Below, piece after piece: positions 24,935 through 32,641 of a DNA stretch of 46,706 nucleotides. The stretch covers positions 1-46,706 of the IMG/VR virus record IMGVR_UViG_3300033153_004756; one strand, written 5' to 3'. Numbering within the stretch: position 1 is the stretch's first letter; the number at the start of each line of letters is the position of its first letter. Source of the DNA: a virus. The position numbers were made by a program, and so were the translations under genes. The notes beneath the pieces are model-generated. The model worked only from the letters and a program-made list of their open reading frames with translations, did no database searches and was not told the origin of the DNA.

Positions 24935-24966
24935 GTCCAAGGGAAGTACCAAGGAAACAGCCGGAG
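24935..24966. repeat. 32-nt intergenic element, inverted copy of 38467-38498 (27/32)
   Basis: The + strand reads gtccaagggaagtaccaaggaaacagccggag. Its reverse complement aligns without gaps to ttccggctgttttcttggtatttttcttggac. All 5 mismatches are C/T transitions. Confidence 0.85.
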
Positions 24967-25072
24967 ATACATTTTGACCATCAGACATTAATTTCCCAAT
25001 CAATCAACCTGTTTTCAGTAGGATCTGGGGATACCAATAACTTCCAGTCAATCAACTTCTTAAATTAATATA

Positions 25073-25101
25073 TTGACAACATCTCAATGATGTGTTATAA
25101 T
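25073..25101 (+). promoter_or_regulatory. promoter P5 (TTGACA-N17-TATAAT, TGt)
   Basis: Perfect consensus hexamers with the A/T-rich upstream AATTAATATA shared with P6. It lies 55 nt upstream of the ATG at 25156. Confidence 0.8.
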
Positions 25102-25155
25102 ATCCCTCTCGATCAATGAGACTAATTTAACATCAATCCAAGCCGGAGAAATACA

Positions 25156-25602
25156 ATGAGTACAGCAATGAAGCAACTAAAAAAGAACGATTTCCTAAAC
25201 GCCATTACTGAAGAGCCTATGACACGTGGCCAGTTGATCGATGCCCTTGAAGAGTATGACTTCATAGATTCATGGTTAACTTACCTTACTGAACATTTCG
25301 AAACACAAGGTAAAATCCTTGTTGAAACGGACGAAGATGGTAACGTTACTCTTCAACGTAAAGCTAAAAAAGGCGGAGCGGCAAGCCGTGAAGTTTTTTT
25401 AGTGGAATTCGACGAAGACTTAAACGAAGAAGGTGGTTACAAAATCACACAACGTACTTTGGAAAAAGGCGAAACGATGGATAAAGACGCAGGTGAAGCT
25501 ACAACAGTTAAACGCGCTGTTAAAAATGCAACGTCAGCGATTTTTGCACAATACAAGGCTGATACAGCTATTGTAAAAGCGTTATTAGAAGACGTTGAAT
25601 AA
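25156..25602 (+). CDS. hypothetical acidic protein (possible winged-helix DNA binder)
   Basis: A 148-aa product with GGAGAA 6 nt upstream. It is the first gene after promoter P5. Confidence 0.5.
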   Translation: MSTAMKQLKKNDFLNAITEEPMTRGQLIDALEEYDFIDSWLTYLTEHFETQGKILVETDEDGNVTLQRKAKKGGAASREVFLVEFDEDLNEEGGYKITQRTLEKGETMDKDAGEATTVKRAVKNATSAIFAQYKADTAIVKALLEDVE

Positions 25603-25718
25603 ATCCTTAAGGTAGTGTCGGCGCATACGACGGCATGTGACGATCGGAAAGACGATTGACACCCCGGAAAGACGGGGAAACCAAGAGCGAAGAGAGAAAT
25701 AATTTAAGGGGAATAATC

Positions 25719-26483
25719 ATGATTGATTTAAAAAATATATTGAAAGAACATTCATCGTTTTTAAATGGCGGAGGTGGTTCTCGTGCTAACTTACGCGGTG
25801 CTAACTTACGCGGTGCTAACTTATGCGGTGCTAACTTACGCGGTGCTAACTTACGCGGTGCTAACTTATGTGATGCTAACTTATGTGATGCTAACTTACG
25901 CGGTGCTAACTTATGCGGTGCTAACTTACGCGGTGCTAACTTACGCGGTGCTAACTTACGCGGTGCTAACTTATGCGGTGCTAACTTACGCGGTGCTAAC
26001 TTACGCGGTGCTAACTTACGCGGTGCTAACTTACGCGGTGCTAACTTATGCGGTGCTAACTTACGCGGTGCTAACTTATGTGGTGCTAACTTATGTGATG
26101 CTAACTTACGCGGTGCTAACTTACGCGGTGCTAACTTATGCGATGCTAACTTACGCGGTGCTAACTTACGCGGTGCTGACTTACGCGGTGCTAACTTATG
26201 TGATGCTGACTTATGCGATGCTAACTTATGTGATGCTAACTTATGTGATGCTAACTTACGCGGAGGATTCAAGTGTGATGGGAATTTTCACCATATCAAT
26301 AACGTCGGATCGGAAAAAGGGATACTGGAGCTATATTCCTGTTCCGAGTCAGGTTGGTTCATAAAAAGAGGCTGTTTTTCTGGGTCTAAAAAAGAATTTT
26401 TAGAAGCTGTCTCAGAAACTCATGGTGAAAATTCCCATGCCATTAAGTATAGGCAAATAATCAATCTTTTTTGTGGGGAATAA
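25719..26483 (+). CDS. pentapeptide-repeat protein (32 consecutive A[N/D]L[R/C][G/D] units plus an 80-aa C-terminal domain)
   Basis: The ATG at 25719 is preceded by AAGGGGAATAATC. The repeat matches the canonical A(D/N)LXX pentapeptide consensus. The other open frames across the repeat are artefacts. Confidence 0.75.
   Translation: MIDLKNILKEHSSFLNGGGGSRANLRGANLRGANLCGANLRGANLRGANLCDANLCDANLRGANLCGANLRGANLRGANLRGANLCGANLRGANLRGANLRGANLRGANLCGANLRGANLCGANLCDANLRGANLRGANLCDANLRGANLRGADLRGANLCDADLCDANLCDANLCDANLRGGFKCDGNFHHINNVGSEKGILELYSCSESGWFIKRGCFSGSKKEFLEAVSETHGENSHAIKYRQIINLFCGE
25785..26264 (+). repeat. 32 tandem copies of the 15-bp unit gctaacttacgcggt (coding)
   Basis: The tract is 480 nt with no indels. 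Variation is limited to transitions at unit positions 4, 10, 12 and 14. Confidence 0.95.
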
Positions 26484-26485
26484 TC

Positions 26486-26704
26486 ATGTCTAAGTTATAT
26501 GGCGTTAACCCAGAAAAATTGGGGGAGTTGCAAGATCAAGGTTATTATGATAAACATGTTTTAGCCATGACAACTGAAAATTTATTAGGTAAAATGTATA
26601 TAGCATCAGAGTTAGCATCGCGTGATCAGCAAATAGATCAGTTGCTATCTGAAATAGATCGCCATCTAGACCATATTAACCGTCTGGAGAGTAAAAATGA
26701 TTAA
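26486..26704 (+). CDS. hypothetical protein (72 aa)
   Basis: The ATG at 26486 is preceded by GGGGAATAATC, identical to the upstream gene's initiation region. Confidence 0.5.
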   Translation: MSKLYGVNPEKLGELQDQGYYDKHVLAMTTENLLGKMYIASELASRDQQIDQLLSEIDRHLDHINRLESKND

Positions 26705-26924
26705 AATACTTTCAGTAGGTTATGCTTTAATAGTCGCAATTGTTTACATCATCGGCACTTTCATTGCAATGAACTTTGATCCATTTGAATGGACACCGAT
26801 AGGTCGTTGGTTAGCAGTGGGAATTTTCATTTTCACCAGTGTCATTTTCACCACAGCCATGTTGGATAAAGCAGGGAGAACAGCCCTGTTGGAATTATTA
26901 GGGCTGTTGGAAGAGAAACAATGA
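26697..26924 (+). CDS. small membrane protein with two TM segments
   Basis: A 75-aa product with hydrophobic segments ILSVGYALIVAIVYIIGTFIAM and WLAVGIFIFTSVIFTTAML and a charged C-terminus. Confidence 0.55.
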   Translation: MIKILSVGYALIVAIVYIIGTFIAMNFDPFEWTPIGRWLAVGIFIFTSVIFTTAMLDKAGRTALLELLGLLEEKQ

Positions 26925-27109
26925 GCGGAATATATGGCGGTGATCTAGAAGACAAAATTCGCGCCAATGAATGTGATGAACACACAGATGGTCTTGATGA
27001 TCTTCACCGTTTTTGTTGTGGATGCAACAATACCTTTCATGAAAGTGAATTAGAAGATGGTTTTTGTCTAGATTGTCTAGATTGTCTAGTTGAAATGGAG
27101 GATTTATGA
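26921..27109 (+). CDS. small acidic Cys-rich protein
   Basis: A 62-aa product with the motifs CCGC and CLDCLDC. It has 4-nt overlaps with both neighbours. Confidence 0.5.
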   Translation: MSGIYGGDLEDKIRANECDEHTDGLDDLHRFCCGCNNTFHESELEDGFCLDCLDCLVEMEDL

Positions 27110-27282
27110 ATTTTTTAAAATTATTATGTTATACTATTGATCATATGTGGGTCGAAGATAAATCAGATATTTTGTTGCCTCGTCGCAAATGTGCCAGTTG
27201 TGGTGAAGAACAAGTTTATCTAACTGGCGTTGGCTCAATCCACAAAGGTTGGATCAAGGCTAAAGTGAGGAATAACATATGA
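27106..27282 (+). CDS. hypothetical small protein (58 aa)
   Basis: My own translation is MNFLKLLCYTIDHMWVEDKSDILLPRRKCASCGEEQVYLTGVGSIHKGWIKAKVRNNI. It has GGAGG upstream and ATGA overlaps on both sides. Confidence 0.45.
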   Translation: MNFLKLLCYTIDHMWVEDKSDILLPRRKCASCGEEQVYLTGVGSIHKGWIKAKVRNNI

Positions 27283-27830
27283 GATTAATTAGAACTCTTT
27301 TACAATGTGTTAATTGTTATGAAAAAGCAGATAGTGAAGGTCGACAAAACAATATTGAAAAAGCAAAGCAACAAGTAAAAATTATGGCTGAATACGGTGC
27401 TGAGTTCGTGGCTCCTAAGAAAGATGACACATATCCAACAATGGTTAAATGCCCTGAGTTACTATTGACTGCTGATCAATATTCAGATCTAATAATTAAA
27501 GGAGTAACTTTACAACAGCCAGTTTATTTGAAAACAAAAGGTGGTGACGATGTTGATCCGTTTGTGGCGGTAATGGCCAAAATTGATGAACTCTTAGCGA
27601 TGGATTTTTCCTCATCAGGTGACACCCATTATAATTCTAAATGCGAAGTTGCCATGCCGGGTCAAGCTTTATCAATGTACAACGACACTTTATTAGAAGA
27701 AGATTGTTGCACCGATCAATTACAACGCCACGTCGCAAATGGTTGGCGTATCATAGCGGCATGTCCTCAACCAAATCAACGTCGACCAGATTATATCTTA
27801 GGCCGTTATAACCCAGACATAGAGAATTAG
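27279..27830 (+). CDS. hypothetical protein
   Basis: A 183-aa ORF immediately upstream of the SNF2 helicase gene. Confidence 0.55.
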   Translation: MRLIRTLLQCVNCYEKADSEGRQNNIEKAKQQVKIMAEYGAEFVAPKKDDTYPTMVKCPELLLTADQYSDLIIKGVTLQQPVYLKTKGGDDVDPFVAVMAKIDELLAMDFSSSGDTHYNSKCEVAMPGQALSMYNDTLLEEDCCTDQLQRHVANGWRIIAACPQPNQRRPDYILGRYNPDIEN

Positions 27831-27831
27831 A

Positions 27832-29517
27832 ATGAAAATAACATATGAAAATAAATCAAATAAGTTTGTTATCCAGTGTGAAGCTCACGAAAATAGAATA
27901 GTGATGGGTCTATCCGATAAGAGATTTAGAAAAGCTTCTCGCACTTGGGGAGTCCCTGCGTTGCGCCGTAATATTGAATACATGCGACAGCACATGAATA
28001 ACTCCACTATGTATTCAGAAGAAGCACTGGCAATCTATAACAACCCACTGAAGACACCAAACCAAATCAAACAATTGTTCCCATCATGGTATAAGTTCAA
28101 GAAGTTTCAGCCAATGAAACATCAACAAGTATCGCTTGATCATGCCATCAACATGGATGAATACGGCCTATTTTATGAACAAGGATTAGGTAAAACTTTT
28201 ACCACTATTAATTTAGCTACGGCATGGAGAATGAACAATCAAATCAATGCCGTTGTGGTCGTTTGTCCGTCTTCAATCAAGTTGGTTTGGGAAGATGAAT
28301 TAGAAGATCATTGCCCTATTGATCATCAAGTCCATGCTATGATGGCAGGCAAGTATAAAAAAGTTGATAAATTCCTTGAAGAACCAAACGATTTTAAGTG
28401 GTTAATAGTGGGAGTCGAAGCGTTGTCGCAAGGTGGCGCTATCGATTATATGAAAAAATTTCTTATGACTCACAATTGTTTAATGGTCATAGATGAAAGT
28501 TCGACAATCAAAACGCCGAATAAAACCCGAACAGATCGATGCATCGACGCAGGGTTATTGGCCAAAAAACGAATGATTTTGTCTGGCACATCTATCACAC
28601 AAGGCATTGAAGATCTTTATACTCAGTTGCGTTTCCTCAATCCGGATATCATCGGATTCAATTCCTTTTTTACATTCCGCGCCAATTATTGCGTCACTAT
28701 GACACAAGAAGTCGGATTTAAAAACGGAAGGCCAATAACAGTACAGAAAATCATCGGGTATCAAAACGAAGACGAATTAATTAAAAGTATTAGCCCATAT
28801 GTGACACGTGTTGAAAAAGTTGATGCATTGGATCTCCCTGAAAAGGTTTATCAAAAACGTTATGTCGAAATGTCGAAACAACAACTGAAAGTTTATACTG
28901 AAATGAAGCAAGAATTATTCATGGAAGTGGGTGGTCAGGAATATGAAGTGACCACAGTTCTTGAGCAAATGTTACGACTACAACAAATAACAGGTGGTTT
29001 TTATCCATTTGATGATGGTGAAAAAATTATAGCAGAACCGATACCCGGCAAGAATGCCAAGATTGAAGAACTGAAAAAAGTGATGGAAGAAACTCAAGGA
29101 AAGGTAGTCATTTGGTGCATGTTCAGACATGAAATAGAAGCGGTGGCGGAAGCTTTGAGAAAAATGGAAATTAAAACAGTTCAATTCCATGGCGGTTGTG
29201 ATGATACTGAAAAGAAGTTTGCTGTTCATTCTTTCAGAAAAGACCCGGAAGTGAAAGTATTTTTAGCAACTAAAGCCGCCGCGCGAGGGTTAACTTTGAT
29301 CGAGGCATCGACATCCATTTATTATTCAGTGGGTTATTCACTTGAAGATTATGAACAATCGCAAGACAGAATACATCGAATAGGTCAAACAGACCCTTGT
29401 ACATACATCCATTTAATCTGTCCACGTACGATAGACGTTAAGGCTTTGATTGCGTTAAGAGATAAAAAGAATGTAGCACAAATAGTTTACGATTCATTAA
29501 AGATGGGAATACAGTGA
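27832..29517 (+). CDS. SNF2/RAD54-family DNA helicase
   Basis: A 561-aa product with helicase motifs LFYEQGLGKTFT (I), LMVIDESSTIK (II, DExx), LSGTSITQG (III) and a C-terminal QSQDRIHRIGQ (VI). Confidence 0.8.
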   Translation: MKITYENKSNKFVIQCEAHENRIVMGLSDKRFRKASRTWGVPALRRNIEYMRQHMNNSTMYSEEALAIYNNPLKTPNQIKQLFPSWYKFKKFQPMKHQQVSLDHAINMDEYGLFYEQGLGKTFTTINLATAWRMNNQINAVVVVCPSSIKLVWEDELEDHCPIDHQVHAMMAGKYKKVDKFLEEPNDFKWLIVGVEALSQGGAIDYMKKFLMTHNCLMVIDESSTIKTPNKTRTDRCIDAGLLAKKRMILSGTSITQGIEDLYTQLRFLNPDIIGFNSFFTFRANYCVTMTQEVGFKNGRPITVQKIIGYQNEDELIKSISPYVTRVEKVDALDLPEKVYQKRYVEMSKQQLKVYTEMKQELFMEVGGQEYEVTTVLEQMLRLQQITGGFYPFDDGEKIIAEPIPGKNAKIEELKKVMEETQGKVVIWCMFRHEIEAVAEALRKMEIKTVQFHGGCDDTEKKFAVHSFRKDPEVKVFLATKAAARGLTLIEASTSIYYSVGYSLEDYEQSQDRIHRIGQTDPCTYIHLICPRTIDVKALIALRDKKNVAQIVYDSLKMGIQ

Positions 29518-29678
29518 TGATCACACAGGATCAAATTGATCAATTACAGGATCAAGTCAATGTAAATTCCATGGAATTCAAATTGATCATTGAAAGATAT
29601 AGAGAAACAATACGTGATCAAAATGACATAATTAACCGACTTCAACGTCAAGTTGACAGATTATTAAAGGAAACATGA
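29517..29678 (+). CDS. small coiled-coil protein (53 aa)
   Basis: My own translation is MITQDQIDQLQDQVNVNSMEFKLIIERYRETIRDQNDIINRLQRQVDRLLKET. Its ATG overlaps the helicase stop. Confidence 0.4.
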   Translation: MITQDQIDQLQDQVNVNSMEFKLIIERYRETIRDQNDIINRLQRQVDRLLKET

Positions 29679-29727
29679 TGATTAGCAAGATTTTAAAATT
29701 GTCTTTCGACAGGATATCGGCGTTGAA

Positions 29728-29913
29728 ATGACTGATGATATGATGGTTGTTAATGATCAAATATATCATTTCCAATTTGGGTGGAAGGATTGTGAGCATC
29801 TGATGTATGCCGGGGAAGAAATTTGGGTTCCGGTAACTGAAGATTATCCTTCCAATGCTCCAGTTTGGATTTCACGTGAAGATTTATTAATAGTGAAAGG
29901 AGTAAAATTATGA
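29728..29913 (+). CDS. hypothetical protein
   Basis: A 61-aa ORF with a 4-nt overlap to the next gene. Confidence 0.45.
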   Translation: MTDDMMVVNDQIYHFQFGWKDCEHLMYAGEEIWVPVTEDYPSNAPVWISREDLLIVKGVKL

Positions 29914-30098
29914 AGAACACCGAATTTATCGTCTATGCTATCATTGTTTCTCTTTCTATATCAGCATTAATTTTAAATCCTATAAAAAAGAATGATCAAC
30001 CGAAGTGCGGGGATTATGGATTTGAGACAGGCGATGTAACAGTTTTTGATAAAAAATCTAAAATTTTAAAAATCCAATGTGGAGAAAAGAAATGGTAG
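29910..30098 (+). CDS. small membrane protein with one TM segment
   Basis: A 62-aa product with the N-terminal hydrophobic segment FIVYAIIVSLSISALILNPI. Confidence 0.5.
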   Translation: MKNTEFIVYAIIVSLSISALILNPIKKNDQPKCGDYGFETGDVTVFDKKSKILKIQCGEKKW

Positions 30099-30640
30099 CC
30101 GGAAATACAACAAAATTAAGCGAACGGGATTTAGATTTTTATCCAACTGACCCGGCATGGGTTCATGTTCTATTGCGTCATGAAAAATTTGACGGCGAAA
30201 TAGATGAAACTTGTTGCGGTGATGGTGCTATATCTAAAGTATTAAAAGATCATGAATATAAAGTGAATTCATTTGATATTAAATGTTACGGGTATCCAAA
30301 GACTCATATCGAAGACACTTTACACAACGCTTACAGTCGTCCTAATGTGGTAACAAATCCACCTTATAATAAGGCTACTGAAATGATCAACCATTGGTTG
30401 CAGATTACAGAAGGCAAGGTGGCAGTGTTGATGAGATTGAGTTATATCGAAGGTGTGGAGCGATATGAACAATTCAAAGGAATTAGACCACATAAAATAA
30501 TTCTTGTTACGGATCGAATGAAACACAAAGATCGTAACACTGGTAAAATGGTATCGAGTCAATTTCCGCAAGCATGGCTGATCTGGGATAACAGCAAACC
30601 ACCAGTGGACGAATCAATTTTAATATGGGATAGAGTTTAG
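30092..30640 (+). CDS. small orphan DNA N6-adenine methyltransferase
   Basis: It carries motif IV, VVTNPPYNK, and a SAM-binding-like ETCCGDGAIS, with DFYPTDP near the N-terminus. The ATG at 30092 is preceded by GGAGAA. No restriction partner is nearby. Confidence 0.7.
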   Translation: MVAGNTTKLSERDLDFYPTDPAWVHVLLRHEKFDGEIDETCCGDGAISKVLKDHEYKVNSFDIKCYGYPKTHIEDTLHNAYSRPNVVTNPPYNKATEMINHWLQITEGKVAVLMRLSYIEGVERYEQFKGIRPHKIILVTDRMKHKDRNTGKMVSSQFPQAWLIWDNSKPPVDESILIWDRV

Positions 30641-30650
30641 GAGAACCACC

Positions 30651-30875
30651 ATGATGATGTTTGAGAGAAGATTAATAGGAGAGTTTAAAGGTTGGCTAGA
30701 AGCGCAAGGAAAAACCCTTCTAGAGCCTCAAGGAGATTACGAGGTGTTAAGATGGCAAGGAGAATCTTGTAGACCGATGCCGATTATTCACAGAAGGGCT
30801 AGAACTAGAGATTTTTCTGTTAACCGAGAAGCTGAAAAGATGGTTAAGAAATTTCTGAAAACCCGCAAAAATTAA
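30651..30875 (+). CDS. hypothetical protein
   Basis: A 74-aa ORF with AGGAGA 6 nt upstream. Confidence 0.55.
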   Translation: MMMFERRLIGEFKGWLEAQGKTLLEPQGDYEVLRWQGESCRPMPIIHRRARTRDFSVNREAEKMVKKFLKTRKN

Positions 30876-30879
30876 TATA

Positions 30880-30908
30880 TTGACACGATTAACGGGATAT
30901 GTTATAAT
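30880..30908 (+). promoter_or_regulatory. promoter P6 (TTGACA-N17-TATAAT, TGt)
   Basis: Perfect consensus hexamers with the AATTAATATA upstream element. It lies 41 nt upstream of the ATG at 30949. Confidence 0.8.
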
Positions 30909-30948
30909 ATCCCCCTAGAATTAAAGTAATTTCAAAGAGAGTAGAGCG

Positions 30949-31266
30949 ATGACAATGCCGATAGTATGGGTGATCCAAGAGGGTCGCAATGATTATGCCC
31001 CTGCGGAAGAATATGGTGAAGTGCGATTTGTAACCAAGGCCGATTTGACTAAATTCAATGATAGTCAACAGAATTTAGAAGTAACACATGATCTAAAAAA
31101 ATTTCTAACTCAATACGTGGTGGGAGTGGATTATATAATCCCTGCCGGAAACCCAATGTTGGTTGCTATGGCAACGATGTCTTTAACATCAGGGACACAA
31201 CATAATTTTCTCAAGTGGGATGGAAGACGAGCAATGTACATACCGTACACATTAAAATCAATATAA
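30949..31266 (+). CDS. hypothetical protein
   Basis: A 105-aa ORF that is the first gene after promoter P6. GTAGAGCG lies immediately before its ATG, as for the next gene. Confidence 0.55.
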   Translation: MTMPIVWVIQEGRNDYAPAEEYGEVRFVTKADLTKFNDSQQNLEVTHDLKKFLTQYVVGVDYIIPAGNPMLVAMATMSLTSGTQHNFLKWDGRRAMYIPYTLKSI

Positions 31267-31278
31267 GAGGGTAGAGCG

Positions 31279-31722
31279 ATGTCTAAAGAAATGTTTGATG
31301 CACTGCAAGAAGGATATGATAGAATGTCCATAGCCGAATTGGGCGCTTGTATCAAAGAATTAAAAGGCCAATTGGAAGAATTAGGCGCTGAAAAATCATC
31401 TATCCAAAAAATTTACGATTTTCTAACCATCACCGTTGTCCCAGAACGAATGGATGATGAGGGTCTTGAAGTGATTAAGATCAAAGATGTCGGTAGGTTG
31501 CAATTAGCATCTGACATAAGATGTGCTTGCCCTGCGGGAAATCGTGAAGACCTCTATAAATGGTTAACTGATCACGGTCATGCCGCAATGATTACTGATA
31601 CTGTCAATGCTAGTACTTTAAAAGCATTCGTAAAAGAACAAATGAAACAAGCCGATGGCGAATATCCGAAAGACTTGTTAAAAATCGACCCTTATAGCCG
31701 CGCCACAGTGGTTAAAGGGTAA
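31279..31722 (+). CDS. hypothetical protein (replication/recombination module)
   Basis: A 147-aa product with a coiled-coil N-terminus. Confidence 0.5.
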   Translation: MSKEMFDALQEGYDRMSIAELGACIKELKGQLEELGAEKSSIQKIYDFLTITVVPERMDDEGLEVIKIKDVGRLQLASDIRCACPAGNREDLYKWLTDHGHAAMITDTVNASTLKAFVKEQMKQADGEYPKDLLKIDPYSRATVVKG

Positions 31723-31863
31723 AGAATCGGCTTAACGGGGCGATACGATCTCAATCCCAGAGGCTCTATGCTGAGTGGGGAGAGAAATTAAAATCTGTTC
31801 AAGCGTCCGTCTTGTAAAACCGGACAAAATTAAACTTAAACTTTAAAGAAAGGAAATAGTCTC

Positions 31864-32583
31864 ATGACTAAAGCAAAGAAAGACGTAGCGACAACTGAAG
31901 ACCAATTACCAAGTTATATCAAGCAAGGTCAAAATCGCGGAAATGAAAACGTTGAAAGTGATGATTTGCAACTACCACGAATTGATGTTTTACAGGCATT
32001 ATCGCCACAGATCAACAAGAAAAAGGATGAATATATCGACGGCGCAGAAGTTGGAATGATTTTCAACACCCTAACCGGAGAACTCTATCCAGATGGAGTC
32101 AATTTTACACCAGTTAGTTTTGTAAAACGCCATTTAGTTTGGGTTGATCGTAAAATGGACAGTTCTGGTGGTCTTCGTGGTGTATTCGACACCGCAGAAG
32201 AAGCAGAAGCATTTATCACACAAGACGCAGACGAAGCGAAATTAGAAGCAGTGCCAACGGCAGAGCATTTAGTGTTGCTTGACAACGGTGATGAAGTTAT
32301 CCTTTCCATGGCTAAATCAAAAATGAAAGTTAGTCGTAAATTCAACAGTCTAGTTCGCCTTAATTCTGGTGATCGATTCAGTCGAAAGTACAAGTTATCT
32401 AGTATTGATGATGAGGGTGCGAAGGGCGAGTATCAAAATCTCAAAGTCGAAAATGATGGATTTCCTGTGGAAGAAGTTTATTTCAAAGCCGAGAAGTTAT
32501 ATGAAGCTATTCAAGGTGGAGCTAAACAGGCAGGTGGTAATTACGAAAGTGAAAAGTCCTCGGATGAATCAACAGGATATTAA
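31864..32583 (+). CDS. putative ssDNA-binding protein
   Basis: A 239-aa product positioned before the DNA polymerase. It has an acidic C-terminal tail (ESEKSSDESTGY), as in phage SSBs. No clear OB-fold motif was recognised by eye. Confidence 0.3.
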   Translation: MTKAKKDVATTEDQLPSYIKQGQNRGNENVESDDLQLPRIDVLQALSPQINKKKDEYIDGAEVGMIFNTLTGELYPDGVNFTPVSFVKRHLVWVDRKMDSSGGLRGVFDTAEEAEAFITQDADEAKLEAVPTAEHLVLLDNGDEVILSMAKSKMKVSRKFNSLVRLNSGDRFSRKYKLSSIDDEGAKGEYQNLKVENDGFPVEEVYFKAEKLYEAIQGGAKQAGGNYESEKSSDESTGY

Positions 32584-32591
32584 TTACTAAT

Positions 32592-32610
32592 GACCCGGTG
32601 ATGCCGGGTC
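32592..32610 (+). terminator. hairpin between the SSB-like gene and the polymerase gene (weak attenuator candidate)
   Basis: The sequence is gacccgg-tgatg-ccgggtc, a 7-bp stem with no U-tract. Confidence 0.3.
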
Positions 32611-32641
32611 AACTTTAAACCAATAACGAAGAGCGAATAAT

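Noticed and set aside
24602-25003. A 133-aa minus-strand ORF spanning the primase 3' end and the 24.8-25.0 kb spacer.
   Set aside because: It runs antisense through a consensus promoter and an intrinsic terminator. It has no RBS and overlaps the primase gene, so it is most likely spurious.
25656-25697. The TTGACA at 25656, considered as an eighth consensus promoter.
   Set aside because: No -10-like hexamer lies 16-19 nt downstream (the sequence there is aaccaa). The hexamer is followed by a hairpin and the leader motif.
25785-26264. Possible CRISPR array or satellite, because of the regular short repeats. The same question applies to the 39-bp repeats at the window ends.
   Set aside because: The units are directly abutting with no spacers. 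The period is a multiple of 3, and the repeats sit inside ORFs with sensible products.
25607-26364. Track ORFs 25607..26272 (-) and 25765..26364 (+), which translate to KLAPR or LTYAV repeats.
   Set aside because: All frames stay open across a 15-bp tandem repeat. Only the frame starting at 25719 has an RBS, a non-repetitive N-terminus and C-terminus, and a recognised protein repeat consensus.
26697-26924. The two-TM 75-aa protein, considered as the phage holin.
   Set aside because: Its topology and charged C-terminus fit. However, it lies in the early arm 12 kb from the endolysin, so the call is not supported well enough to annotate. It is mentioned under the lysis finding only.
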